Shown: positions 12,289-24,590, counted from the first letter of the whole stretch. The stretch: DNA of 62,734 nt, filler included, from Rhabdomonas costata (GCA_019059605.1; 28 parts of 28 records of this genome joined end to end with filler, not necessarily neighbours in it); one strand, 5' to 3'. Notes: generated from the sequence alone by a model not told the origin. Translations and numbers: made by a program.

Positions 12289-13995
12289 TTTGTTTTTTCA
12301 GCAACGTAGGTACGAAGGAAATAGGGGGAAACAGAGAGAGAATGTGTGTAGTGAAGGTGACAAACTCAAAGTCCAACACAACACAAAAATGCAGAAGGAG
12401 GGGGTTGAGGCAGGGGGAATGTTACATCCAGAACAGTGAAGAGAAGAGCGGTCACGCCCCCCTCTCTACACACTCACTCTTTTACAGAAGAAGAAAGGGA
12501 AGGGGGCGAAGTAAGTGGGGGGTGCAGTTGCGGCGAAAACAGAGAAACAGGGGTCAAACCAAACCCCCCCGATCTGAAGAAGAACAGAGCACGATGGGAG
12601 GAGAGGGTGGAGACCTCTCAGCAGCGCACGGGGAACGGAAATGGACAACTCACAAACTGAAAGCCACCAATGCCTTCAACTTCTGGAAAATGTCATTCGT
12701 CCACCAAAACAAGAAATCACAGGTTACAAAGCGCATTAAATCCGTTTGGGGACCACCTCGAAAGAAGAGATAGGCGCTGGGGCATTATGGGAGCCCCCCC
12801 CATTTACGGTCCATTTCACGGACCCCACAGGATGCACGTCTCGCCCACCTATTAGGACATGACTGAAGCCCTCGCAGGGGGTTGAGCGGCGACTCACGTT
12901 TCCCCCCGCACATCACATCCTCAGTGAATCAAACCTTGGCTCCGCAAAACGCACCGAAAATGTGAGTGTTGGGTCCCCAAAATGCACGCTCGCCGAGAGA
13001 TATCACGCTCCGACACCCCTCGAATTACGCCAAATTCAAAAGGGCGTAAAACGGACGCGAATTGTGGTGAAGTGCTGTCGAAGACCTCGACAATGAATGG
13101 TCGCCTAACTTTCCTTTAAGTCTAACGTTTTCTGAAGAGTTCACCCCTCCGCTCCTCGGCGCCAGAAGCGGCAAAAGGACAACCCCCCGAAATACACAAT
13201 CTCACGAGTAAGGTCAGACACATCACCGCTTGAGGGTCAACTTGGCTTTCACATGCACCACAAACAGCACAAACGAAGAGAGGGAGGGGGGGGAGGGGAG
13301 ACAAAGGACTGCACACAAACTCCCAAAGGCTACGCTCAGGTCTTCTATCTTCCCCCACTTGGCCTCAACCCNNNNNNNNNNNNNNNNNNNNNNNNNNNNN
13401 NNNNNNNNNNNNNNNTTAATTAATTAANNNNNNNNNNNNNNNNNNNNNNNNNNNNNNNNNNNNNNNNNNNNTTGTTGTGGGAAAGACATTTCTGCCCTGC
13501 CATTTTTAATGAACCTTGTATCATTATTGGTAATGTCATCAGGCCTGGTCGAGGCCCCCACCTTGCGCGCCCCACTTCTGTGTTGGTCCCCCGTATCTGC
13601 CTCTTTCTCTCGTGCGTCGCTCGCACACTTCTCTCGTCGATTGTCGATTGTCTGTTTTTTTCTCTCTTTTGTTCACCTGCTTCACTCGCTCCTACCCCAA
13701 TGCTGTCGTTCAAGGTAATGAGGCGAGATTAGTTTCTCTTAAGAGTTTGGGTTTTCGATGAGGTGATGCCAGTGGGCGACAAGCGAGATGATTCGGACCA
13801 CAAATCTGTTGCCCTCCGTGATGCGGGGTCAGGTCAGCGGAGAGAGAGGGGGGGGGGAAGGTCGCCACTGCAAAAGACTCTTGGAGGCTCCACGCCGAAA
13901 GGTTGTATGACCAACTGCTGGGTAAAGAGCATCCGGTCATGCCGTTGCTCCTCGGACCTCCTCCCGCCCCCCTCCCTCGTCTTCACATAATGCAG

Positions 13996-14773
13996 GCATC
14001 CCGCACCTCACCGTCCTGTGCACGGTGCCGAGCGAGGACCAACTGGCAATGCTCATGGTGGTGCTGTCGATGAGCGTCTTTGAGGTCAGCAACATCCTCC
14101 TCTCGCTAATTACGAACTCCGCAGACCGCCTCTTCGTCGTGATCTCGCGGTCCTCAGGGACCTTGATTGGGGCAAGCCATGGCAAGGTCTTCGTGGGAGT
14201 GGGAAGGGGGCTGTCGGAAGCCTGCGAAATGGGGAGGGTCCTGTCCAGTTGTCTGGTGAGCCGGCACCCCACGACTGAAAAGTGCAATAGGACCTTCCGT
14301 TTGAGCCCCAGGCTGGGCGCGTCATAGGTTAGGAGCAGCTTTTCTTTTTGTCTCCTTCACCTATGTATGTGTTTCCTTTTCATCTGTTCATTGCGCAAGA
14401 ATACACCGACGCGAAAACACATATTTACAGTCAGACAAGCAGTGCCAGAGAAAGAGCGTTATTTGAGAAAGCGGAATCCAATTCTGATTGATGTATATCT
14501 TCAACCTCCCTCTCCCCAAATGCAACCCTGGCCAATATATTGGCTCACATCCATTGGCCCGTGCATCTTCCGGGCACAATGTCAGAGATTACCAGGGTCT
14601 GGAATTGGCCCCCCATCAAGACACAGTGGACGTGCCCACAAGGGCCTCGCTTTCACATTACTTGGTGGGAAATGACCAACGAGCCAACCTTCACGCGTTG
14701 ATCAAGAAACCCAAAGGAGACTGCGTGGCACATCATCGAATCGAAGTGGTGTGTGTGTGTGTGTGGTGTAGTA

Positions 14774-14805
<32 letters not shown>

Positions 14806-15135
14806 TGCGACGCCATTAACCCGGAGTTTGGTCACTTGTGGCTCCTTTTCGAATCGCTGTACGAGCATTATGAGGCATGTGCGAAATTGTTCTGCCTTTA
14901 GTTCTTTAGCCACTCTGATATTAACCTGATGACGAACAACCCCGTGACGAACCCCCCTCCGATCGCCAACTTCACGCTGTATTCCCCGCTGAACTCCACG
15001 GACCCGACCATTTCCGCGGCTGCCGTGGCCGTGCTGGCGCGGTACCCTGGGTGGGACTGTGTCCCCGAGATCAGCACAGAGCTATCGCTGCCCACGGGAA
15101 TGTTCTGGATGGAAACCGGATTTGTCGCCGCACAG
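13996..15135 (+). CDS. Probable extracellular sensor (Cache-like) region of a receptor; exons 13996-14186 and 14902-~15135
   Basis: Spliced ...SMSVFEVSNILLSL...DRLFVVISRSSGTLIGASHGK|FFSHSDIN...NSTDPTISAAA...; phase-0 GT-AG intron; N-glycosylation sequons. Domain call is by eye. Confidence 0.6.
14233..14340 (+). mobile_element. Copy 1 of a dispersed structured ~100-nt element (omegaRNA-like or SINE-like); intronic, sense to host gene
   Basis: Shares GTTGTCTgGTGAGCCGGCACCCC..CTGA...AGGA...GCGCGT..TAGGTTA.G.GCAGCTTTT with 46096-46191 and 50936-51045. Confidence 0.8.
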
Positions 15136-15846
15136 GCATTTTTGCGCCCATGTCTCTGTTTCATCTCCTTCCCGTCCTTTGCACGAGAAACAGCACACAC
15201 AGATTGGGGTGGATCCACCGGTTCTAACCCCGTATCGCTTACAACGTTCGGGTTTTTCACTGGTGGACGTGGAGGTTTGGGGTGGATCTGTCACCTCGAA
15301 CATTTTGTAATTTTCCGGTGGCGAAAAACTGGATTTTACCCTGTGGTGGTACTGTCGCCTTTCGGCCTGTTCTTTGTGCGTCTTTCCCGGCCTCTTACAT
15401 TTGAGATGATGTGGGCCATATATTCCGTGTCTATCTCGAGGTCCGGATGGACTTGTCTGGATGCACGCATTCTTTCAATCCACCAGCCTCACTCCAACTG
15501 CATTGTACCTGCACCTCACAGAACGAGAAATGATGGATCTACGGATATTTGCCCTGAAATACCCCATTGCCACACACACCCTTGCCCACTCGCCTTCCTT
15601 CAACCCCACCACACNNNNNNNNNNNNNNNNNNNNNNNNNNNNNNNNNNNNNNNNNNNNTTAATTAATTAANNNNNNNNNNNNNNNNNNNNNNNNNNNNNN
15701 NNNNNNNNNNNNNNTGTTGGTGTGTTTGGGGGGTGTGTTCTTAATTAATATTTCACGGTTGAAGTGTGTTTGTGAACCTCGGCTTGTGTGCCCCAGGCTG
15801 TTGCTTTGTGAGGGGTTTCCCCCATTTTATTTTGTGCTTTTAAACA

Positions 15847-17043
15847 ATGTCACTTGAAGTGCATTTGTTGGACTACGGGGCCGGTATGCGTACTGAGTGT
15901 GCCTTCGATACCATTGGTTTCCCTTTTGCTTGTACTGCGCTCGGAGCACTGCTGTGGTGACAGTTTCGAGGCTTTCCGCACCATTTCTGTGCAGACGCTT
16001 CTTGGAGTCTACCACGAACTTCCTACTGAAAGACGGACAGTGTGCTTGTCCCTTCGTCATCCGCCCCCCCTCGCTGTCATTTTGTGGGAAATGTGCGGAG
16101 TGTGGTCAACGCCTTGCAGGCGCTGGGCTGCACCGTGCATGACGTGAAGCGGCCACAGGACATCCTGGAGGCAAAGAAGCTGGTGTTCCCTGGCGTCGGG
16201 TATTTGCTTGTGGATTTTCTTTGCGAGAGTGGGTGTTTGCCCTGGATCTGCTTTGGCCTGAAAGGCACCGGTACCCCCGCTGCTTGATGAAATGCCCTTG
16301 ATAGGCCAGTGGAATGTGGAGGTAGGGGTGGGGGATCTCAGGGCTTTTGGGAGCTGCATGGACAGGCTAGTACAGCTCGGCTATGTTGAGGTACATTTGC
16401 CCCACCCGCACCCCTTCTCGTTTGTGCCCCCTCTTGAGCCCGGCCTTTTTTCTCTAACTACCTGTTTTTTGCTTTACCATTTGTTTTACCGCCCTTGGAG
16501 TTGCAGCTGGTTTTTTTTACTAGTTGAACACCTTCTTGTTTTTGTTCTTTTTGCTTGCTTGAAGGTGGTTTGTGCGGAAAACTAGGTCACTCTGCACGCA
16601 TTATGGGGACAGTGGGCATAAAAAAGCAGGGGTGAAAAGACTAAAAGCAGACTGAAAAGACTCTATGGGAAATGTAGCATGCAAGTTTCTCAGTTTCGGG
16701 TGCAACTAGGCTTATTTGAGTATCCCCCACCCCCATCCCTTGCCGTGTCCCTGGCGTGGTTGTACAGCCCCTGCGGGAGTACCTCCGGCAGGGCCGGCCG
16801 TACTTCGGGATCTGCCTGGGGCTGCAGACCCTCTTCGAGGGCAGCGAGGAGAGTCCCGGCACGCCTGGGCTGGGGGTGATCCCGGGCCGGGTCTCGCGGT
16901 TCCCCGCCTCCCCGGGGCTCTCCGTGCCCCACATGGGGTGGAACCAGCTCACCCTGTGCAAAGGCTCTGCGGTGGTGCCGCCGGAGGCCGCCGCGGGGCA
17001 GCGGTTCTACTTCGTCCACTCCTACGTCGCGACGCCCAGCCCG
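15847..17043 (+). CDS. hisH: Imidazole glycerol phosphate synthase glutaminase domain (HisH; probably N-terminus of bifunctional HisHF); exons 15847-15883, 16088-16199, 16342-16390, 16768-17043
   Basis: LLDYGAGNVRSV, LVFPGVGAFG, YFGICLGLQTLFEGSEE (catalytic Cys), VPHMGWNQL, FYFVHSY. Confidence 0.95.
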
Positions 17044-18540
17044 GTGTGGATCTGATGGGCGGGGGTGAATCTGAAATGCTGAAATTTTACCCTGTTTAGG
17101 GGAAACCACGGAAAGCAGCGGAACAAAATATAAAAGCGCACATCGTTGTCGAACCCCACACAAGAAAAAGATTATCGACGTGAACAGCTTGCTTCCGACA
17201 AGGTTTAGTTGCTGGTTCGCTGTTTTCCACCGGTTTCAAGGGAAGACTGCGGACCGCCAGGGTGCTTCTGGGCTCGGGTTGGCGCCATGGGAATTATTGG
17301 TTTCTCTCCTATCGTTTCCTCGCACCCGCCCCCCTTAGTTCTTGCCATAGATTGCGGGACTAATACCATGTGCCACATTTCTCACTTTTTTATAACCTTA
17401 TGCACGAAGTTAAAGTAAAAAACCTGCAATTCAATGTGTGGTGATATGTCTTAGGAAAGAGGGTAGTTCCCTCTAGATGAATATCGGAAATTGCTTTGCA
17501 CATGTGCCGACCGTCACGATCATTTGTTTGGTTCCTTTTTTAGGACACCTTGCTTTCGTGGAAAGTGGAAAGTATTCTGTCCCCTGTTTAGCTCTCTTGG
17601 TCTGTTCGCTTGGAATTCACTCGGAACTCCGGCACGCCATGAGTCACATGAGTCGTGTTCAACAGCGAGTCCATTTGAACACGGAATTGAATATTTGCTT
17701 GCACGTCCACCTTCCAGGCTGATTGCTAACCCCCCACACACAATCTCTCTCACACCTTCAGGGGCAAAGGTCATTGCTTCCTAGCTCCCATTTTGCGAGC
17801 TCTGCAACGATCCAGCATGTGTTTTCAACATTGTGGAGCTCTCGATTGCAAAACCAAANNNNNNNNNNNNNNNNNNNNNNNNNNNNNNNNNNNNNNNNNN
17901 NNTTAATTAATTAANNNNNNNNNNNNNNNNNNNNNNNNNNNNNNNNNNNNNNNNNNNNTGTGTGTGGTTTACTGTTCTTTCCCTGTCTCCAACCTGTTTT
18001 TCCCCAGAGGGCTGGACTCAAGTTCCTCCTATTGTGCATAGTCTGGACGGAACCCACGTGGTGCAGCTCCCGTCCACGTTTCCCCTGCCCAACCCTGACC
18101 TGTTCCCAGACCTTCAGGCATGTGCTGAACTGCTCTGTGATGTGTCGTCAAGGACAGGCACTGCCTCTTTTTTCCCCAATCTGCAAGCGTTGCATCTGCG
18201 TCCACGAACATTACCCAATATGGCTGCCCCCCCCCCGCACACCTTCCGCTGGAAAGAGCAGCAATGCGACAAAAGCCAAAAGCCCGGGACCCATGGGGCA
18301 GAAAGGAGGTTATCAGATGTGGAACGTTCGGCGGTGACGTGCACGCAGCCATGGTTGTCAGCTGCTTTGAGTCGTCGCATTGGCTTTCTCTAATTGGTTC
18401 TCCTTGCTGCAGGTGTATCAAATGCTTAGAACCGCGCTCACCGTTGGGGGCGGCGCTTCTTACCAGCCCGCGTGGTTTTTGTGGTGTTTGGGGTGACGAC
18501 TGTTCGATTTCTTTGCTGGGGTATGGCTTCGCTTGGACAG

Positions 18541-19856
18541 ATGGCCTTTCATGGCTGGGGATCTGCCCCAGCATTCCTTCCTGTGAACGTGACCTACAAC
18601 ATCACTTCAACACAGGTAGCAGCGTATGCGCTTGTTTGCGCGTCTCTTTTGAGTGGCTTTCCAGAGACTAGCGTATCCCAGGAAAGCGTCACTGCTGTGG
18701 ATTTTCGAACCATGGAACCCTATATCAGTGCAGCTTTCACCAAATCTTCGTTCTTCGGGGCATCCCGTTGTGATCATTATGATTTGTATGCTTTCAACAT
18801 CTGCTTTTATTTCTCCTTTATGGGGGCGAGCTTCGGGGCCCAGACAAGGATAAACGCTTGTGCCAAATCTCTGCCGTCAGACATGTGGTATGTGAGGGTT
18901 TTCCATTCGAAGTCTTTTTGGCCTATCGCCGATATGTTATGTGATGAACCCGGAATTTTTTTTGGTGGTGATACACCTAAAGAGCAGTTAGATATTGGAT
19001 ACTTCGAAAGGACCAGTGCGCTGGAAGCGCGATTTCTTCCCCCCGGTGATTCCGTCCAAGTGTTGATCTTTTCAAGCGAATTGTCAATTCTGTAGCTGGC
19101 TGTTTGTGGAGAAGGGTACGTAAAAATAGTTGAGCCATGTCTTGTGGTGCGGTTCTGAGTTTACGGTGTAGCGTACTTAGCTTCTCAAAAGTGGTGTATA
19201 CCACCTCACCTCTCGTTTACCACCTCACCCCTCGTGTCAGTCCCAGTTTTACGTATTGACTGTCCTGTCGCTCCGTCAGTCCATCCCAGAATTGTTGTTT
19301 GCTGTGCAACTCGCAACAATCTGGATCCGATCCGTCTGTGTGTTTAGCTGGAGCGGCTACGGGCTGTGAGCGGGCAGGCTAAGCAGTCTCTTTACTTCCA
19401 CTGCAAAGCCAACTTGGTGAATGCCACGTACGGGTGCACGGTGCAGCCTACGTTCTACCCCACTCATATGGGAACATGGAGCGACTGGTGTGTGGCGTTG
19501 CCTTCTCGATTCTGAGGTCTCGGGTCTGGATGTGCGTGTGTTGAAGTGAGGTAAGGTGAGTCGAAGTTATGGATCTTTTGCACCACCGTAAGGAAAAGCG
19601 ATGTTGTGGCCAGAAGACATTTGCTGTGTGTTTGAGGCGCGTATGAGTGCGCTTCTGGACGAGCCTTCATCGCTGCAGCCTCAGACCAAATGCTTCTGCG
19701 CAGCTGTGGTTTCTGTTCACGCATATGCCCCTGTGCAGGTACAACCGTGCGATTACCCCGGAGTACCTCAACGACGGGTGCTGCTTCGGCTGCTGCCGCA
19801 ACCGCCCGATGTGGGACAGCACCCTAGTCACCTTCACGCAGCTGACCCAGCTCCCG
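18541..19856 (+). CDS. Extracellular protein with a fibrillar-collagen C-propeptide (COLFI)-like domain; clearest exons ~19011-19059, 19348-19487, 19739-19856
   Basis: Spliced DSVQ|LERLRAVSGQAKQSLYFHCK...W|YNRAITPEYLNDGC...MWDSTLVTFTQLTQLP matches the COLFI pattern QLxxLRxxSxxAxQxxxxHCK...DGC...WxxT...LP. Upstream exon limits are uncertain. Confidence 0.7.
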
Positions 19857-20308
19857 GTACGTCCACGGGCACTGACAGTCTTTCTGTTTTGGTCTGGAAT
19901 GACGGTGAGTACGAACCCGCACCCTTCCTTTTCCGGCGTGTGGTGAGTTTCGATGTATCCCGCTCTGACCGATGTATGTGCAGCCGCAATGTCCTCCGAA
20001 TGCGCCAGCGCCAAAGTTGCAGGATTGGGTTCGTGATGGGCGCTGAGGCCACCAGGATCGGGAAAGGTGTTATTATTAGGTGGAGGTCCTTCACCACCAC
20101 CCNNNNNNNNNNNNNNNNNNNNNNNNNNNNNNNNNNNNNNNNNNNNTTAATTAATTAANNNNNNNNNNNNNNNNNNNNNNNNNNNNNNNNNNNNNNNNNN
20201 NNGTTTTTGGGGGAAGAGCATTTTGAACTGTCGTAGTCGTAGACTGTAATTTGAAATTAGTGTGCTTTTGCAGACCACCGGAGGTTTCTCTTTGCATGGG
20301 GCTTTCCT

Positions 20309-20429
20309 CATAGCACCGCGGTCCCCTGATTCTGTTGCTTCGGTGCCGTGTGAGATCACTTCTCAAAGGCTTTGGACAGGGATCTCACACGGCACCGAAG
20401 CAACAGAATCAGGGGACCGCGGTGCTATG
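20309..20429. repeat. Perfect 49-bp inverted repeat with 23-nt loop
   Basis: 20309-20357 is the exact reverse complement of 20381-20429; pairing extends 5 bp further after one mismatch. Confidence 0.95.
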
Positions 20430-21506
20430 TGGAAACGAAACATCACGGGGGGTGGGTCATCATATTGTAAGCACTGAAGAGAGTCACTGCACATCACCTC
20501 TAAAAGAAACAGGCGAGAGACCCGCGTGTAGATACAGAGGGTTCAAGTGCACAACACAGCACACAGCGAACGCAAAAACACGCAAACAGACGCAAAATTC
20601 CAACGAACTGACCGTCTAAAAACACGCGCACCCACTCTCTGGTGAAACCCATATCCATATCCATACCCATATCCTGGACAAACAACAACAGAATGCAAGA
20701 GAAAAAGCGAGAGTCACGAAAGGTCCCGGTGAAAATCATCGGAGACCTGGGCTAACCACCAGACTGCACTTTATCGGGCGCTATGCCTCTGGTGGGTTCA
20801 CGTTGACCCCGTCCACCTCGGATAACGGCGCGGAGTGAAGGAGATGTGGTGGGTAACTAAGCAGCTGGACCAGCAGGGCCAGCTTGGTCCGAAAAAACCC
20901 GGAATGACAGCGTGCAGCTGTCGGCGGAGTCATTCGACCACACCAGGGTGTAGGTCACCTCCACTGCGGCAGGCAGGCTTCCGGAACAGCCGATTTCGCC
21001 GTCCTCCACCTGTTACATAAAAAATTGTGGGCTTGGTTTGTCAAAAGCAACTGCGTCACCAGGTGTCCAACAACGACTCACGGTTGCGGCACTTCACCTT
21101 TGTCCGAAGACGGCTCGGACAGCCTCCTCGGGGCACAGCGCCTGCCCTCGCTCATGGTTAGGCTGGCGGAGAAAGAACAAGCTGCTGGTCGATCTACGTT
21201 CGAAAAATGTTCGAATATGGATCGAACTGTTGTGTACAAGGGCTACACAGGTCACCTTACACAGGTCTGCGTGAATGCAGGGCAAAGCCTTTCTTACCTT
21301 ATAAACCGAAAGTCAGAAGAACCCACGCGAAGCATTTTAGCCTGGAGTCGTCAGATCCATATAATTACCACCATCTCAGGCAGTGTGTACCACACTGATG
21401 CCCCACACCCCCGACCATTTCAGCATGCACATACACATGTGATACCACTCGCTAAGAGTCAGATATTTGCCCTGGGCTGGTCACAACGTAACTTTTATTC
21501 AGCTAC

Positions 21507-21957
21507 ATGGCAAGGAGCTGTGGCAGCGTGGTCCAGGACCAGAGGCCTGATGAATGCCTGGGAGCAACCCAAAAGAACGAGGACACGCGCCCAAAGCACA
21601 TTATCAACCAAGGCGTTACTGATCACCAGCAGGGTAGGTATCCATCTCACGTCCCTTCCGTTACCCAGGGCAGATACCTCCATTCATCCATTCATTCAGC
21701 AACGCTGCTCTTTCCCCTGATTACATGTGCCGATGGTTGGCCCAATCCCCAAACGTACCCTCGTCTCTGCCACCACAAGGCTCTTGTCCCTCCTCACGGA
21801 GAAGCGCAGGGGCGCCCTGGAGCAGCTGAACTGCCACGCAAGAGTGCCGGAGGGGCTGCTGGCGTCAAAGCAGAAGTCACTCCCCGCAGCGATCTTCACC
21901 ACTGTCATGCTGACAAAAGCAGTGCAGAGGAAACTGAACGCGAATGCAGTGATGTGA
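21507..21957 (+). pseudogene. Decayed non-LTR retrotransposon reverse transcriptase fragment (CRE/RLE-clade-like)
   Basis: Ordered motif remnants across frameshifts: GSVVQDQRPDECL (~GSAGGPDGLRPxHL), SATLLFPL...DG..PI (~GAxLxxLxKxDGxxRPI), VP(G)GA, IFTTV (~AFNTV). Confidence 0.45.
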
Positions 21958-23459
21958 GATGGGGATTAGTAATAACTAACAGCCGTCACATTTGAGAGTG
22001 GGAAGGGAAAGACAAAGGGAAGCAACCCCATTTGAATGGGGATAATTTTCCAACAGAAAGAAGCGCGCTGCAGCAAAAGTTATATTTCCAACTTAGCAAT
22101 CAGGTCTATGAGGAGTGAGGTCAATCTCTTGAGCAGCCTCCCTGTAGTCGATCGAAAGGAGCTGAAAAATATAAACGCAGGAAAGGTTGCTGCAAAAAAC
22201 CAATGGAACAGATGGCCCTGATCATAGGGGGGGGGGTCTCAATGAATATCTGCTAGGCATGTCTGAACCACACTGATATTGCATTCAAGCCGAAGTTCGG
22301 TATGCGCTTAACAACGTTCCTGGGGCAGTGGAGTTAACCACACAACNNNNNNNNNNNNNNNNNNNNNNNNNNNNNNNNNNNNNNNNNNNNTTAATTAATT
22401 AANNNNNNNNNNNNNNNNNNNNNNNNNNNNNNNNNNNNNNNNNNNNCGGCCGGCACGCTGCAGTTCACGGGCTAATACTTGTGGCGCCTCAAAAAAAAAA
22501 CGCGCAGTGGAATCAGGCAATATTTGGACTTCTTAGTATAAATGACTTATGAACTAAGTCAATCTGTGGATGTTGGCTTGTTGGCATGGTTTCAGCAGGG
22601 TCTATTGTGTTTGTGGGAATGTGGGAGAGCGGAACAAAGAATGGAAAAATGGCCGCAGAAATATTTTTATGAGTGCTGGACTTTGCGTGCAGTGAGAAAA
22701 TGTGAATTGTGTTTGTGTGTTCACTGCAGTTAGCGTCGGAAACAGCCGGACCATAATCTGCAAAGTTTTGTGTTGGCATCTGCTTTCGTGCGTCTTTCTG
22801 GGATGTATTTTGTCTGGGTGAGGTCAAGAAGGACTATGTCAGAAGATGGGCACCAACTAATGGATAGGAGAAAGTTGGCGATGAAGGATCATCGAAATTC
22901 AAGAACAGGACAGCGGTGCGCTTTTTTTTGTGGGGGGGGGATTCCCAAATGTCTGCGGTTTTGCACTTGGTGTATGAGATACTGTATGTTTTGCATTTAG
23001 TGTATGGGCGAAAGGTTGACGGAGAAAAGGGGAAAGAGAACCCGTCCTGTTTGGCTCCGCAGGGATGCGGAGATTGACGAGGAGGAGTTTCGGGAACTCT
23101 GCGTTTGGGGGCCCTTCCGGGCCTTTGAGCTGAAGCCCTCATGGTGGACCAAAGTGGGCAAAGGTTGATCCCCCACCCCACCCCAAAGAAGTGCAGTCCC
23201 TATAAACTCAGACCCCTGTTTCGCAATGGTGTTCAATGATACCCCTAGTACCACGGCAATGCTTCTGGTTTCCACGACGTTTTCCACTACTACCAGCTTT
23301 CCAGAGGTTTTCATCTTTTCGCATGCCAAATGCATTGCACACAATAAACAAGGAAAAATGTGGAAAATGCGAATGAAAATTCTACGAATGCGCGAAAGCA
23401 TGGGTATTCCTCGCAATTACTATCGGTGCCCAGATGACCATCTCCTCCTCACTTCCCAG

Positions 23460-23721
23460 AAATTGTGGACCTGGTCTTTGGGGGCACCGTGGAGCGTGAC
23501 ACGGAATGGGAGCAGGTCTACCTGGGCCTGATTCGGAAACACAATGGCATCTTGGATGAAGTCGACGAAAACACCGGCAACGCCCTCAGGAAGGTCGCCA
23601 AGGGGGTGCACGCCGCGGACAGCATGGGGGCAGAGCAATTTGCCGAGGACTGCCTGGCCTGGGCGCATCAGAACTATTCTGGTTGCTCGAATTCCGAGAT
23701 CCTCGCCATAGCCACCTGCCG
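23460..23721 (+). CDS. Internal exon of a hypothetical protein (IVDLVFGGTVERDTEWEQVY...ILAIATCR); possible terminal exon ~23779-23998
   Basis: Pyrimidine-rich CCCAG acceptor, CG|GT donor, open GC3-rich frame; family not recognised. Confidence 0.6.
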
Positions 23722-24392
23722 GTATACACATATGTGTTGAGCTGTCTTGGTGTGACCTTTTTTCTCGGAACAGATCAGTACCTTGAGCCACATTCCCTGC
23801 AAGGTGCCCACAGCACCGCATCCCGTCGTGCATCCCCCACATTCGACGCAGTCCCCATCATCGGCCTCCACGTCACCGCGGCCCCGCGCCGCACTTAGAG
23901 CGCAAGCTGACCTGCAGTCGCCCTCTCGACCCCTGCGCTTTGTCACGATAAACACCCACACCCTGCGTTGCAACAGCGATGGAGAGGTTACAGGTTGAAT
24001 TGGGATAGGAGTTGACCGGTAACGATTCGTCCAGACCCGGCTGATTCCAAGCCTGTCCCACCCCAGGAGTAGTCGCACTGCGCGGCTTTGGTCCTGATGG
24101 ACCCTAGCTCTCATCTTACACGCCCGAGGGTGAGAGTCATTGGTCTAAGAAGCGCTGCGAGCTGTTGTTATGAACTTCCTCGGGTCTCTTACGCTACCGA
24201 GGTCACAGTGCTGTTACCTCTGCCGCGGCTTTAATGCAAGGATGGGATGAACCACTCCTCCACTGGACATGGAAGCAACGCTGCATCCTAGCCTCGGCAT
24301 GCCCCCACTGCCCCCTTGACTCCGATAACATTCCGGTCGTCGCGGATTTTAAGTAGCGCCGGCCACGCCCGCGCCGTGGCATCTGAGCTCAC

Positions 24393-24590
24393 AAAGTGGA
24401 CTGGCACCGCATTTGGCGCTTGCCGGCGCTTGCCAAACATACGCCATGTAATCTCTTGAAGCTATGGACAGTTGCTGTGAACGTCGGCCGCCGACGAACT
24501 TACATTGCCCGCCAATGCGGTCTTGCGCACAAGGCCACCCGCCAGCATGACCTCAGAAGGCTCTTTCGGTTCCTTCGTGAACTGACCACA
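24393..24590 (+). pseudogene. Decayed non-LTR retrotransposon C-terminal (zf-RVT-like) fragment
   Basis: VDWHRIWRL...KLW...R...QCGL...TRQH resembles the WxxIW...LW...CxxC...TxxH pattern, with cysteines lost. Confidence 0.4.
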
